A DNA stretch of 64,000 bases from the human T2T-CHM13v2.0 reference genome, Homo sapiens. Shown in pieces: positions 12,847 to 24,900 of this stretch. Where the stretch lies: the NCBI RefSeq assembly GCF_009914755.1, contig NC_060930.1; one strand, written 5' to 3'. Positions within the stretch are counted from its first letter, which is position 1. Every line of letters begins with the position of its first letter. The position numbers and the translations under genes are program-made. The notes below the pieces were generated by a model. It saw nothing but the letters and a program-made list of their open reading frames with translations. It made no database searches and was not told where the DNA came from.

Positions 12847-13242
12847 TGAAAGATTCTCCCTGGGGCTTGAAAGCTTAAAGGGATGAGTAACTCCTCCCCT
12901 CTCAAGTCCAGTCCCAAAGCACAAGGCAACTTGAGCCAGCAGCATGCATCAGCAAGATAGCAGAAGCAGGAAGAGAGCCAGGTGGAAGACACCTACCCTG
13001 GCCGGAAGACACGTACCCCTGAAGAGCAAGAAAGAGGCCATCCGGGTACTACGTAGCAGTCATGTCAGACTAGGACACTTCCTGTTTCTAGGAGACCATA
13101 AAACCCTTGCCCCATCCTCATTTGATGCTGACGCCATTTTGGGCCTCAGCCTACCTGTACCCAGGTGCTCATTAAAACAGCATGTTGCTCCACATCACCT
13201 CATGTTGTCTGTTGGCATGCTTTCAGGGTTCGAACCAATACA
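12847..13242 (+). repeat. 5' LTR (MER48)
   Basis: tgaaagattctccctggggcttgaaagc...cattaaaacagc...cgaaccaataca; direct repeat of 19203-19593. Confidence 0.9.
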
Positions 13243-13245
13243 ATC

Positions 13246-13263
13246 TGGTGCTGAAATCCAGGA
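13246..13263 (+). promoter_or_regulatory. Primer binding site, tRNA-Phe
   Basis: tggtgctgaaatccagga vs TGGTGCCGAAACCCGGGA (3 transitions). Confidence 0.85.
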
Positions 13264-13664
13264 GGGGCTTACGTTTGCATTCCCCGTGGACCTACCCCTC
13301 CACCCCAGAGAGCAGGCCACAGCAGCCAAACAAAGGAAGCTCTTCAGCCTCCAGTCGCCTCTCTGTGCATGCACATCGGTCACTGATCTCACCTACTCGT
13401 AAATTTCCCAGGAGCCCAGTTAACAGGAGAATCTGCACAGCCTCTCTTGGTTTCTCCTGTCCAAAAATTCAACATTGGCCCAAGAAGGCTCCCGCATGTG
13501 CCAGGCACTCACTGATCATCTGGTCTTAGGGGGGTGCCTCTAAGCCATTTGATCCCGTTCCGGGAACGAAAAAGGCAGCAGTGACGATTGCTCCTTTTAT
13601 CGTCTCCCTCTGGCCATCCAGGACGGTCTCATTTTTCCCTGTTCTCCCAAGCCTACCCTCCGTT

Positions 13665-15445
13665 ATGGGAAACTCCCGGTCCTCCATTCCAAAAAAACAG
13701 CCCTCTAGGCTGCTTCATAAAAAACTTGCAAACCTTAGTCCTCAGGCAAAATATCCACACTAAGGGCCTTGTCTTTTTTGCAATTCTGTCTGGCCACAGT
13801 GGGTCCAAATGGGCCACAAATGGAACATTCAACTTTACAATTTTAACTGACTTAAGCAATTATTGCCGATGAATGGAGAAATGGGGAGAAATTCCTTATG
13901 TCCAGGCCTTTTTGCCCTCGGATCACAACCCGACCTCTGCAATTCTTGCTCCCCTGTTCAAATCCTTCTCCTCCATTCTCTCCACCCTGATCACCTTTCT
14001 CCTCCCAACCCTACCTCTTTTTCCTCGTTAGATCCAGCAGACTGCTGTCCACCCCTCCCAGCCCCCACCTCTCCCTCTCAACTGTCTTCTTTACCCCCAT
14101 AAGCCTCCTCTTTATTTTCTCAGCTGCGATCTTCTTAGCTGCCATCTTCCCAGCTGCCATCTTCCCAGTCATTTGTATCCACTTCTTTTCCTACACAGTC
14201 CCCTCCTCAGGACAATTTTAGTATTGCCTATACCCATTCTCCTCCCCCACCGCCCTCTCCTGAGGCTTGTAAACCCATCCCACCATTTTACGCCTCTATC
14301 TATCCTCCACTGCCTGTTAACTCAAACCCCCTTCTCCCTTCAAAGCCTCAGCAGGAACCACTTCCAGGTTCTTTCTTCTCTCCCACCCGTACTCACTCAG
14401 GCGCCATCTTCCGCCCATGCCCCAACCTTACTTCAGCGCCTGTGCTAGAGTGCCCCCTTCAGGAAGTAGCAGGAACTGAAAGTATTGTTAGAGTTCATGT
14501 TCCTTTCTCCCTCACTGATCTCTCTCAAATTAACAAAAGACTTGGTTCATTTCCAGAAGACCCTACCTCTTATATTAAGGAGTTTCAGTACCTTACCCAG
14601 TCTTATGAACTAACTTGGCATGACCTCTACATTGTCCTCTCTTCCACCCTCACCCCAGAAGATGGGGACCGTATCTGGGCCCTAACTCAGGTGCATGCTG
14701 ATACAATTCATCACCAAGCTCCTGCCCAGCCTACTGGTGCAGAGGCAGTCCCTAACCAGGACCCTTACTGGGATTATCAAGACGGGGCCCCTGGATGCCA
14801 CCATCGAGACCACATGATTATGTGTCTCCTTGCAGGACTCAAAAAGGGTGCCCGTAAAGCAGTGAACTATGAAAAACTTTCAGAAATCACCCAAGGTCCT
14901 GACAAAAACCCAGCCTTTTTCTCTCTCATTTAACTGAAGCCATGAGAAAGTATATCAACCTAGACCCAGCCAGCCCAGAAGGAACCAGTATCTTAAACCT
15001 GCAGTTTATCTCCCAATCCACCCTCAATATTCAGTGCAAGCTTCAGAAGCTTGAGGACGGTCCTCAAACCCCACAACGAGACCTTCTTAATTTAGCCTTC
15101 AAAGTCTTTAACAATCATGATGAGGAAAGTAAAAGGCAAAAACAGGCAGAGTTTCAAATGCTTGCCTCTGCCATCAGGGGCCCTGCAGGCCCACAGGGCT
15201 GCAGCTCCACACAGAAGCCTCCTAGCAATCCATCTCCTCCTGGTGCCTGTTTCAAGTGCGGCAATGAGGGCCACTGGTCCAGACAATGCCCAAACCCAGG
15301 TAAGCCCACCAGGCCATGCCCCCTCTGAGAAAGACCCCACTGGAAGTCAGACTGTGAGTGGCCCCTGCAAGGACTGCCCCCATCCCTTCCCAAGCTGGTC
15401 AAAACCTCCCAGTTGGATCTCATTGGCTTTGCCGCTGAAGACTGA
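13665..15445 (+). pseudogene. gag: Gammaretrovirus-like gag (frameshifted)
   Basis: MGNSRSSIP start, CPLQEVAG..VRVHVPFSLTDL capsid, ITQGPDKNPA MHR-like motif, CFKCGNEGHWSRQC zinc knuckle plus degenerate second knuckle, ends ED-TGA. Confidence 0.9.
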
Positions 15446-18380
15446 TGGTGCCCTGGAACAGAGGCACTGGCAACTACCATTGCTTCATCCGAGCCAAGGG
15501 GAACCCTGATGGTGGTAGTTAGGCCAGTATTTTTTTTTTAATTAATACCAGGGCAACCTACTGTGCTTTACTTAATTTTTCAGGACCCACTGAGTCCTCC
15601 CAGGTCTCTTTTGTAGGACTTGATGGACAAGTCTCCAAACCCTGAGCCAACCCTCCACTTTTCTTCTCCCTGCACACCTTTTCCTTCACTCACCCTTTCT
15701 TAGTCCTGCCTTCATGCCCAACTCTGCTCCTAGGCAGAGACATCCTTTCAAAACTCCACACTACTCTCCACTTCCACATTGCCATATACCCAATGCATCT
15801 ACCCTGTCCCCTCCAGTACTTCTAACTTCCTTCTACTCCTCCAACCTTCCACCCTAAACCATGCAACTTTTCCTTATTCCCCATCTGTAGTTAACCCCAC
15901 TGTTTAGGATACTTCACACCCTCAGTCGCAGAACACCACACCCCCATCTGCATTATCCTTAAAGAGCCCACGTAGTTCCTGTCACAGAAGCAGTATCCCA
16001 TCCTCCAAGCAGCTCTCATGTGCCTAAAGCCTATCATTTCTTGCCTCCTTGCCAGTCACCTACTCTGCCCAACAAGCTCCCCTTTTAACACACCAGTTCT
16101 AACTGTTAAAAAGCCAGATGGAACTTACCGCTTAGTCCAGGACCTCAGGCTCATTAACCAAGCTGTACTCCCAGTATGTCCAGTAGTTCCTAATCCATAT
16201 ACTTTGCTTTCCACAATTCCCTTCAATACCACCCCTTTTTCTGTTCTAAACCTAAAGGATGCTTTTTTTTTCACAATTCCTTTACACCCTGATTCCCAAA
16301 ACCTCTTTGCCTTTACTTAGGAAAACCCCGACACCCAACTTTCACGTCAGTTCACCTGGTGTGTACTACCTCAAGGTTTCAGAGACAGCCCCCACCTTTT
16401 TGGACAGATCCTTGCTCACAACCTCTGTACTTTATCCCTAAAACCGTCCACTGTCCCTCAATGTGTTAATGATCTGCTCCTGTGTAGCCCCTCTCCAAGA
16501 GACTGCAACGCCCATACTATCTCTCTCTTTTAAACTTTTTGGCAGAATGGGGTATTGGGTCTCCCCTAAGAAAGCACAAATATGCAACCCCTCAGTCACC
16601 TATCTAGGCCTAGCTCTTACCCCGTGAACCCAAGGGCTCACAACCAACCACATATCCCTCCTCCAGTCCCTCCTGTCTCCACAAACTAAGCAAGAAATTA
16701 TCTCTTTTCTAGGACTAGTGGAATATTTTAGGCTCTGGGTTCCCTCCTTCACTCTACTTGCCAAACTGTTATACCAAGCTGCTAAAGGCCCTCTCCATGA
16801 ATCTTCAAACCGTGCACAGCCTATTACCCAACCTTTCCGTCTACTCCAGAAGGCTCTCACCTCAGCTCCTGTCCTCACTCTCCCAGACCTCACCAAATTT
16901 TCTCCCTCTATACTGAGAAATGGCGTGGAATTTCACTAGGTGTCCTAACCCAGTCTAAGGGACCCACCCTCCAGGTTGTTGCCTACCTTTCTAAACAGCT
17001 TGAAGCCACAGTTCTCGGATGGCCTGCCTGCCTCTTAGCATTGGCGCATTGGCGGTAACTGCAGTCCTCACCCTTGAAAGCCTAAAACTATCTCTCTATG
17101 CCAACCTAACAGTTTATTCAACCCATAACATCAAAGACATGCTAGCTCACCTCAGTGTACTGTCTTATCTCTGCCCCACAGCTCCTCCAATTGTATGCTC
17201 TATTCATAGAAACTTCCCACATCACCATGCTAACCATCTCCCGTCTAAACCCGGCCACGTTCTGTCCCTGTCCTTTTTCTCTCCTCCTTACACCTCAGAA
17301 GAAAAGCAGGACTTCTGATCCCAAAACCTTCAAAAGCAAAGACCATGTTATGTCAAGGAAGGGTGCTTCGTTCTTCCTCACTCTCAAACAATCTGTCAAC
17401 TAAAGCCTCCACAACTCTTTCCATGTCGGGTACAAACCTCTCTTGCAACTTCTCCGACCTATCCTCACTTGTCCTCACCTTTCCAGCCGTGTTTGAGAGA
17501 TTACCCAGTCCTGCTCTATCTGCCACTCAGTATCACTCTAGAGTTCCCTCTGACTCCACCTTTTCCTAGCCACTAAGCCCAGGGCCAGGTACTGAGGCAA
17601 GATTGGCAAGTAGACTTCACTCACATGCCACCCGATAAACGGCTCCACTATCTTCTAGTCTTTGTCTGTACTTTCTCCGTGTGGGTAGAAGCGTTCCCAA
17701 CAACTTCAGAAGGTGCAAATGTCATCACACAAACTCTCATCATGCATATAATTCCCCGTTTCAGACTCCCAACATCCATCCAGTCTGATAACGAGCCCAC
17801 CTTCATCAGCCAAATTACCCAAGGTGTCTCTACATCCTTAGGTATAAAATGGGTTCTCTACACACCCTACAGGCCTCAATCTTCAGGTAAAGTTGAAAAA
17901 ATTAACTCTGTCCTTAAAGCCCAACTCACCAAGCTGGCTCTAGAGACCCAGCTGTCTTGGACAAAAAAATCTCCCATTTCCCCTCATGAGACTCCACGCA
18001 ACACCAAAAGAACCCTCTTTTTATAGTCCCTTTGAAATCTTGGGTGGCCGAACTTTTGTTTTAGGGCCTCCATCCTTACCAGACTCTGAGCCACTCATGA
18101 ATTATCTCCACTTCTTAATCCAGACACAGTCTTTCATTCATGAAGCAGCAGATGAGGCCATGCCTCTCCTTGTCAACACCTCCTTGTCCTCTCAACGTAA
18201 CTGTCTTGCAGGCACAGATGTGTTTATCTGCCAACCTGACCCTCACCAATAGCTACAACTGAAGTGGACAGGCCCCTACACTGTGATACTCAGCATGCCA
18301 TCTGCAATGACAGTCCAAGGACTCCCCGACTGGGTCCATCGCACCAGGGTCAAGCTCACCCCCAAGGCTACTCCTTCCTC
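15446..18380 (+). pseudogene. pol: pro-pol (protease, RT, integrase; RNase H apparently deleted), multiple stops and frameshifts
   Basis: LINT-GA protease motif ~15540, KKPDGTYRLVQDLR, LPQGFRDSP, YVDD decayed to CVND ~16463, DWQVDFTHMP, IQSDNEP, YRPQSSGKVE, WTGPY. Confidence 0.9.
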
Positions 18381-19098
18381 CAAAACATTAACGGCGGGCA
18401 ACACCCTCAGAGTCCCTGTATATAATAACCTAAACAAAGAAAAATGATCCTTAAAGGTAGGAGGAAGCCAAAGATGGCAAGAGGACGAATGGCCTCCGCA
18501 ACAGATCATTGAATATTATGGTCCTGCCACTTGCGCTGAGGATGGTTCATGGGGTTATTGCACTCCCATATATATGCTAAATAGAATAATTAGACTACAG
18601 GTGGTTCTACAGATAATCAGTAACCAAACGGCCTCAGCCCTGGAAATGCCCACACAACACCAAAATCAAATGCATGCAGCAATTTATCAAAACAGGCTAG
18701 CACTACCCTGCTTATTAGCAGAAGAAGGTGGGGTGTGTGGTAAGTTTAATATCTCTAACTGCTGTCTTAACATAGACGATAATGGAAAAGCAGTTCTAGA
18801 AATCGCTTCAAACATCAAAAAAGTAGCCCATGTACCAGTCCAAACCTAGAAGGGATGGGACCCAACAAATCTTCTAAGAAGGTGGTTCTCTAATTTAGGA
18901 GGATTTAAAACACTGGTAAGGACAGTAATCTTCATCACTGGGCTCCTCCTGTTTCTCCCCTTGTTATCCCACTGATAATAAAAGCCATTAAAATTCTTGT
19001 TGAAACTACAGTTAACTGTCAGACTATCCAGACAATGTTCCTGCTACAACGACACGATGGATACCAACCCGTCTCTCAAGAGTACCCCCAAAATTAAG
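18381..19098 (+). pseudogene. env: env remnant: last SU residues, decayed furin site and complete TM of ERV3/HERV-E/IP type
   Basis: [43 protein letters not shown] (ISD), [10 protein letters not shown], hydrophobic anchor at ~18910-18980. Confidence 0.85.
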
Positions 19099-19202
19099 TT
19101 TTTCTTTTTCCAAGATGCTCATGCCACCCCCTACGTCACGACTGAAGTAATTATTGAGAAAGTTGTCCCTTTTCCCTTTCTTCTATAACCAGTAGACAGG
19201 AA

Positions 19203-19593
19203 TGGCAAGATTCTCCCCGGGGCCTGAAAGCTTAAAGGGATGAGTAACTCCTCCCTTCTCAGGCCCAGTTCCAAGGTGCAAGGCTACTTGAGCCAGCAGC
19301 GTGAGTCAGCAAGATAGCAGAAGCAGGAAGAGAGCCGCTGGGAAGACACCTACCCTGGATGGAAGACACGTACCCCTGAAGATCGAGAAAGAAGCCGTCT
19401 GGGTACTACGTAGCAGTCATGTCAGACTGAGACACTTCCTGTTTCCAGGGGACCGTAAAACCCCTGTCCTATCCTCATTTGGTGCTGATACCATTTTAGG
19501 CCTCAGCCTGTCTCTACCCAGGCACTCATTAAAACAGCCTCGTGTTGTCTGTTGGCGCGCTCTGGGGGTTCGAACCTATACAACAACCTTACA
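19203..19593 (+). repeat. 3' LTR (MER48)
   Basis: tggcaagattctccccggggcctgaaagc...aaccttaca; short deletion relative to the 5' LTR after cattaaaacagc. Confidence 0.9.
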
Positions 19594-19677
19594 GTCTCAA
19601 ACTCCCGGCTTCAAGTGATCTGTTGTCTTCACCTCCAAAAGTGCTGGGATTATAGGTATGTGCCACCGCACCCAACC
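19594..19677 (-). mobile_element. Remaining 5' portion of the split Alu
   Basis: gtctcaaactcc...aaagtgctgggattatagg...ccaccgcacccaacc followed by the TSD. Confidence 0.9.
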
Positions 19678-20089
19678 TAGAGCTACTTTTGAATTCATCC
19701 AGCCTTATAATCACTTCAAGAGGTGTCTAGGGAGATCTCCCTTTACTCTTTTTCTTGCATTCATTTCTAGACTGTAGAACATTTTTCTCATATATATACA
19801 GTAGCTGATGGGGAATTTCTGAAACTTCAAGATACACTCTTCTCACACCATGTTTTTTATTTTAAAAGAACATACTTACTCAAGTGTTATTTATTAAAAA
19901 TACTTTATTGAAATCTTCTATTTGCTTTGTACGACTTTGTACACGTTCTTTCAGGGAGAGAGTTCTCCAGTGTTCTCCAGTGCCCCTAAGAGACATATCT
20001 ATGGGTAAATGTAGAAGAATCTGTGGTAACTGTCATGCTGCCTTGTTTGAGGGTCATCTGTAAGACAGGGTGCTGAGAGAACAGTACTA

Positions 20090-20128
20090 CACATGCACAC
20101 ACACACCACACACACAAACACACACACA
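20090..20128. repeat. Imperfect (CA)n microsatellite
   Basis: cacacacaccacacacacaaacacacacaca. Confidence 0.8.
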
Positions 20129-21084
20129 GGGTGATTTAAGGATAATACAGCCTTTTAGTATGTAATCCCACTTCTAAATTCAAAGCATATGGTTAAGTTC
20201 TGATTTTTAAACAATAGCCAATTTGTATGCTTGTTGTGAGCAAAACTGGTTTGACTTAACTTGACTTTTCCCGGCTGAAAACTTCTCAGTTGCTGCCATC
20301 AATGGAAAACAGATTAAGAGACAAATTTCAAATGAACGCTTGATGCCCTTTCTTGAAAGGAGGAAAACAGAAAGGGAATGCTCTGCTGGAGATGGTTTCT
20401 GTGAGGCTTGCTGTCAGCACCACAGTCCTTATCCCTCTGCATTTATTTCACTAGCACTGGAAATGTGCTGGTTTGTGCAAATATGATCAAGCCCACCCCA
20501 TGACAGTTTCAGGGTCACATCATTTACTGGAACACATTTACAATTTTTTGCACATAAATTACCTACATGCCTTTAGATTAAATGCACCTTCCAAAAAAAA
20601 ATTCCACATCATTATTGAATTGCAATTTCATACACTTAGCCTGAAATTTCCATTCTGTCAGAATCACTCATGTTCCCCACAGTTTCAAAAGACTAAAATC
20701 ACTTTACTGTAACTATATTTTTTTCAATACTAGGCCAAGGATAAATGTGGTTACATTGATTTCTCACAAATGAACCTTAAACCACTGATTTGAAATGAGA
20801 AAACCACTGTTTGAAATCATTTTCAATCTGAGGTATGTTTAATTGGCTTTAAAGAAACTTTGCCAGCTTATTTGGAAAAACAAAAAACAAAACAAAAAAA
20901 ACCCTCTTGATCTCACTCTTGTTTTCAATCCCCTAGAAGAAGCTTGACTGTGAAAGAACCTCTTTCTTCACTGTTTTCAGCTTTTTCACCCTCCTGAAAG
21001 CTACCAACTTCCTGTTGGGCTCCCTTCTGAGGTGCCCTATCAATTTTGGCCCAGGGTTGGTCATGTCTAATCCATAATTAGAAT

Positions 21085-21380
21085 GGGCTGGCCACAGTGG
21101 CTCATCTCTGTAATCCCAGGACTTTGGGAGGCAGAGGTGTAAGGACCCCTTGAGTCCAGAGGTTTCAGACCTACCTGAGCAACATGGCAAAACCCTGTCT
21201 CTACAAAAAAATACAAAAGTTAGCTGGGCGTGGTGGGGTGCACCCGTGGTTCCAGTTGCTCCAGAGGCTGAGGTAGAAGGACCGCTTGAGCCTGGAAGGT
21301 CAAAGCTGAAGTGAGCCATTATTGTACCACTGCACTCCAGACTGGGCTACAGAGTGAGAACCTGTTTCAAAAAAAAAAAA
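21085..21380 (+). mobile_element. AluJ-like element
   Basis: Dimeric Alu, gcttgagcctggaaggtcaaagctg, poly(A). Confidence 0.9.
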
Positions 21381-21579
21381 ATTATAAGAAAAGAAAAGTT
21401 TGAAGTATGGTCCCAACCTGAACTCAAGATTGGTGGTAATGCTGATTTTTCAGGTTCTGAGTGTGTTATTAACAGCAGATCTCTTCTTCTAACAGCCTTC
21501 AGGTTACGGCGTAATGATCAGATATTCATCACTCGGATATAACCAATATCGATCCACAAAAAGATGACTGCTTTAACCC

Positions 21580-21960
21580 ACTCACAATCATCCTCTGCTC
21601 CAGGCCCTTTCTGTTGGACTCTCAGATCCATGCTCTTCAAGAGCACTGGGTGCCCCAAGGGACCTGCCTCCATGTCTACATCAAAGACTCCCTTGTCACC
21701 TGGCTTCTGTTGGTTCAGCCACAGGAGGCACTGGCAGGAAGTCAGGGTGAGAAAGAAGAGTAAGTTCAAGTCATGTTTGCATGATTCCATCACTGTGGGT
21801 CATGCCTACGGTGGCTTGAGTTTTTTCTTTTATTTCTTGTTTGTTTGTTAACTGAAGGCTGCAGCTACGGCCAGGCAAACCTCAGTAACAACTACTATAT
21901 CTTCTTTAGTTAACTTTTCTCCTATCCCCTTTGCCCCTTAGCTCTAAGGTTGGTGAGATC
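21580..21960 (-). mobile_element. Old ERVL-class LTR fragment (LTR16/33-like)
   Basis: ctcccttgtcacctggcttctgttggttcagccacaggaggcactggcagga, similar to 2500-2600. Confidence 0.4.
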
Positions 21961-24900
21961 ATGCCAGGATGCTTCATAACATTTTGCTTTTTATTAATCC
22001 TACTAATTCCCTTATAAAACTAAATTTAATTGCCTCTTTGAGTGAACTGTGTCCAACTGTGACAAGCTCTGCTACGTTACCATAGCTTAAGGACCGTTCC
22101 TTTACTTATTATACCTTATCAGAATGTAGAAGAAAGGAGATCCCACTCAATGAAAACTAAACTAATTAGTCACTTACAGATAGAGAATATGAAAGGAATC
22201 CACTCAGGTATAAGAAGAAGGTAGGCCAACCATCTGGTATTTCATTTAACTGATCTGGGGTCCACCAGGCTAAGGGCTACAGTTCCTTTAATGCTACTTC
22301 CTAATTTTCTCTTAGCCCTAGGCATTGAGAATAAAGTGTGTTTGTCTGTCTGCATTAGCATTCCTTCTAAGAAGATTAAAAGATAAATTATTAATTTAAG
22401 GAGGGTGCACATCATTGAATTTGAAGTTACAAATTTGAACCAGTAGAACTGTTCTGAGTGACAAACTGATATATGCAGGGAATATTAAACACTTCAAGTT
22501 TTGCTTTGAAAGATGATCAAACAATGACAGAATAGGTCATAGGCAGATTGTTTCAATCTGATCTACAGATGAAAGCAAAGTGGAAGCAGGGGGCCAAAAA
22601 TTAATATTGATGTTTCAGAATCAGAAAATAGGGGTTTAGGTTCCACTCTTAATGGTTATGTGACTTTGAGCAAATTAGTTTTAGAGACACATTAGAAGGT
22701 TGGTTTCTATGATACAAGGCTGCTGGCTTATATTCTGCTAGGGATTTTCCTCCCTTCCTTCAAAGACTCGTTTCTTAATCATTGGGTTCCTTACTCTACA
22801 TCATAGCTACTAAAACACGTTTTGATCTCTGTAATTTAAATATTTACATAGATAATACATTTTTCATTATTTTTAGAATCGATTTTGGCTAAATTTCAAG
22901 TATTTAAATTATCTCTTGAATGAACAGGAATCATCTCCAAAATATAGCCCCAAACCCACCTAGGCATAATGACAAACATAAATTTATAAATTCAGCATTT
23001 CTTATTTTAAAGATACATAGACCCTAATACTTCAGTATTGATATTTAGTCTAATGTATCCTTTTCACCAGATAACATGTCCTCCAGTTTTTGGATTTCTG
23101 TTATTATATTTTCTTCACATGAATTTATTGAAAGGAACTTTTTAAGAGAAGGCTAAACCTAAACCCTCTTTGCTACTCATCCCCTTACTGTTTTTCAAAC
23201 TTCTCCTTGATTTCTTCTACATTTCCTCATTGCACTCTGACAAAATTCTGAGAAGCTCTGCAATTCTTTGTAATGGCCTGGCTCAGGTCATTGGTTCCCT
23301 TCATTAATGACAGTTCATTCCAACTGTAGACCCTCAGTGGGGACTCTGGCAACCTGTCCCTGCCTACTGGCTCTTTTCTTGGTATTACTGATATGCTCCA
23401 GGAAAGATTTCAGGAATGACGTTTTCTATTTGATACTATTTCCATTCCCACTGAATTGAGATTTGTAGATCACATAGTAGAAAACTGTTGCTGGCTTGCT
23501 GAGGTAACACTGAAAATGTTTGTTTTATTTATTTTTAATATTGACATACAAGGTAGAGCTCATAAGTCAGCCAATTATTTTAATATGGGTATATTCATTT
23601 ACAAACAAATAAATATGTAGAAATACATGTGCTAGTGACCAGTTTAAATAGCTCATGACATTTATCACTCAAGTAGTGTTTACAACTTACTCTGTAAGAA
23701 CAACCCAGCGTGCACAGAGATCCTGTCACACGGAGGAATAGCAGGTCAAGAATCAAGAATGGTCACTCTTTGGTACTCAGCATGCCTCCTGAACACTTCT
23801 GCTTAGGTTTTCTGACATTGCCCTAACTCCGTGTAACCAAGACCAAATCCATTTTTCACAATACCATTTCTCTCTCCAATTTGCCTTATTCTCATAGAAA
23901 TCTTCATTGTCCTCATTATCCAAGAGGTGTTGCCTCTTTCATCTTTCTACCTTTTATTCATATATCTAATCAATTACTGGTCCCTACATTCTTATTGATG
24001 AAAAGTTCTTCAAAATAGCTACCATATTATTGCTGATAAAGGCTACAATATAAGAAGACTGTTTCATTTTTAAGAGGCAATCAGCCAGTGTGCCATTCTG
24101 AAAACTGTCAAGAACAGCATTCCAGAACCTTTTAAAAATAAATATTAGCTGCCAGGATAATAATATGCATGTGACATATTGATAAAATAAAATAATTTAA
24201 AATGAATATTAAGGTTTTTTATCTCCTTATATATTGTGAAGAACTGTATTTTTGACCATGGCTTTTTTTAGGTCATTCTGCAACCTCACATCACTTCTTT
24301 CTGCTTCTTTGTGAGGTCAGCTCACTTTACGGTCCATACTACCGGGGACATATAGGAAAAGGGAACAAGGGGAGAAAGCATGGTTTTAATATTCATTGCT
24401 TTGTGGTTCTATGTAGCTAAACAGTAACTCTAACCTGTCATTACCCTTACCACCCCTGCCGCTAGAGTACTTGAAAAATGTCAGAGGATAAGTTAAACAT
24501 GATTCCTTTGTACCTATGCAAGCCAACCCCTTATTACCCTCTTTTATAAAAAGTCTTATTCCAATTGTATCTATACCCCAAGTTTCATATCAATCAAAAG
24601 GAATTCTAGGAGGAAAATTTTCTCAAGCCTTTTATTAAATGAAAAATTACTGAAGAACCTCCTCATTGTCTCATAAATCTGTAATTAGAATAACTTCTCC
24701 ACTGTCCCCAGCTCCTGAGTTCAGATTCTCCAAACTCCGTTCTTCATAATCATTTGCAACACATAATGCCTATGCCTTAGCCTCGGAAGTTCAACGCCTC
24801 CTGGTTGGTGGTTACGGCCCTGCATTACTGGGACTCACTCTACTTGTTTAAACCTGTTTCCATCACTTCCTGCCATATGCTTGTCAGCCAATCCCCCAAT

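Larger units (their letters stand above)
12847..19593 (+). mobile_element. MER48/HERVH48-like (HERV-H/F supergroup) provirus with two LTRs, internally deleted
   Basis: Paired LTRs, Phe PBS, gag-pro-pol-env remnants; 5-bp TSD ctctc/gtctc inside the Alu. Confidence 0.9.

Noticed and set aside
12944-13402. 152-aa ORF, with a similar 105-aa ORF at 19301-19618, suggesting a gene pair
   Set aside because: Both are translations of the paired MER48 LTRs.
12847-19593. Possibility that this is the ERVH48-1 (suppressyn) locus
   Set aside because: Suppressyn is SU-derived; SU and the signal peptide are deleted here.
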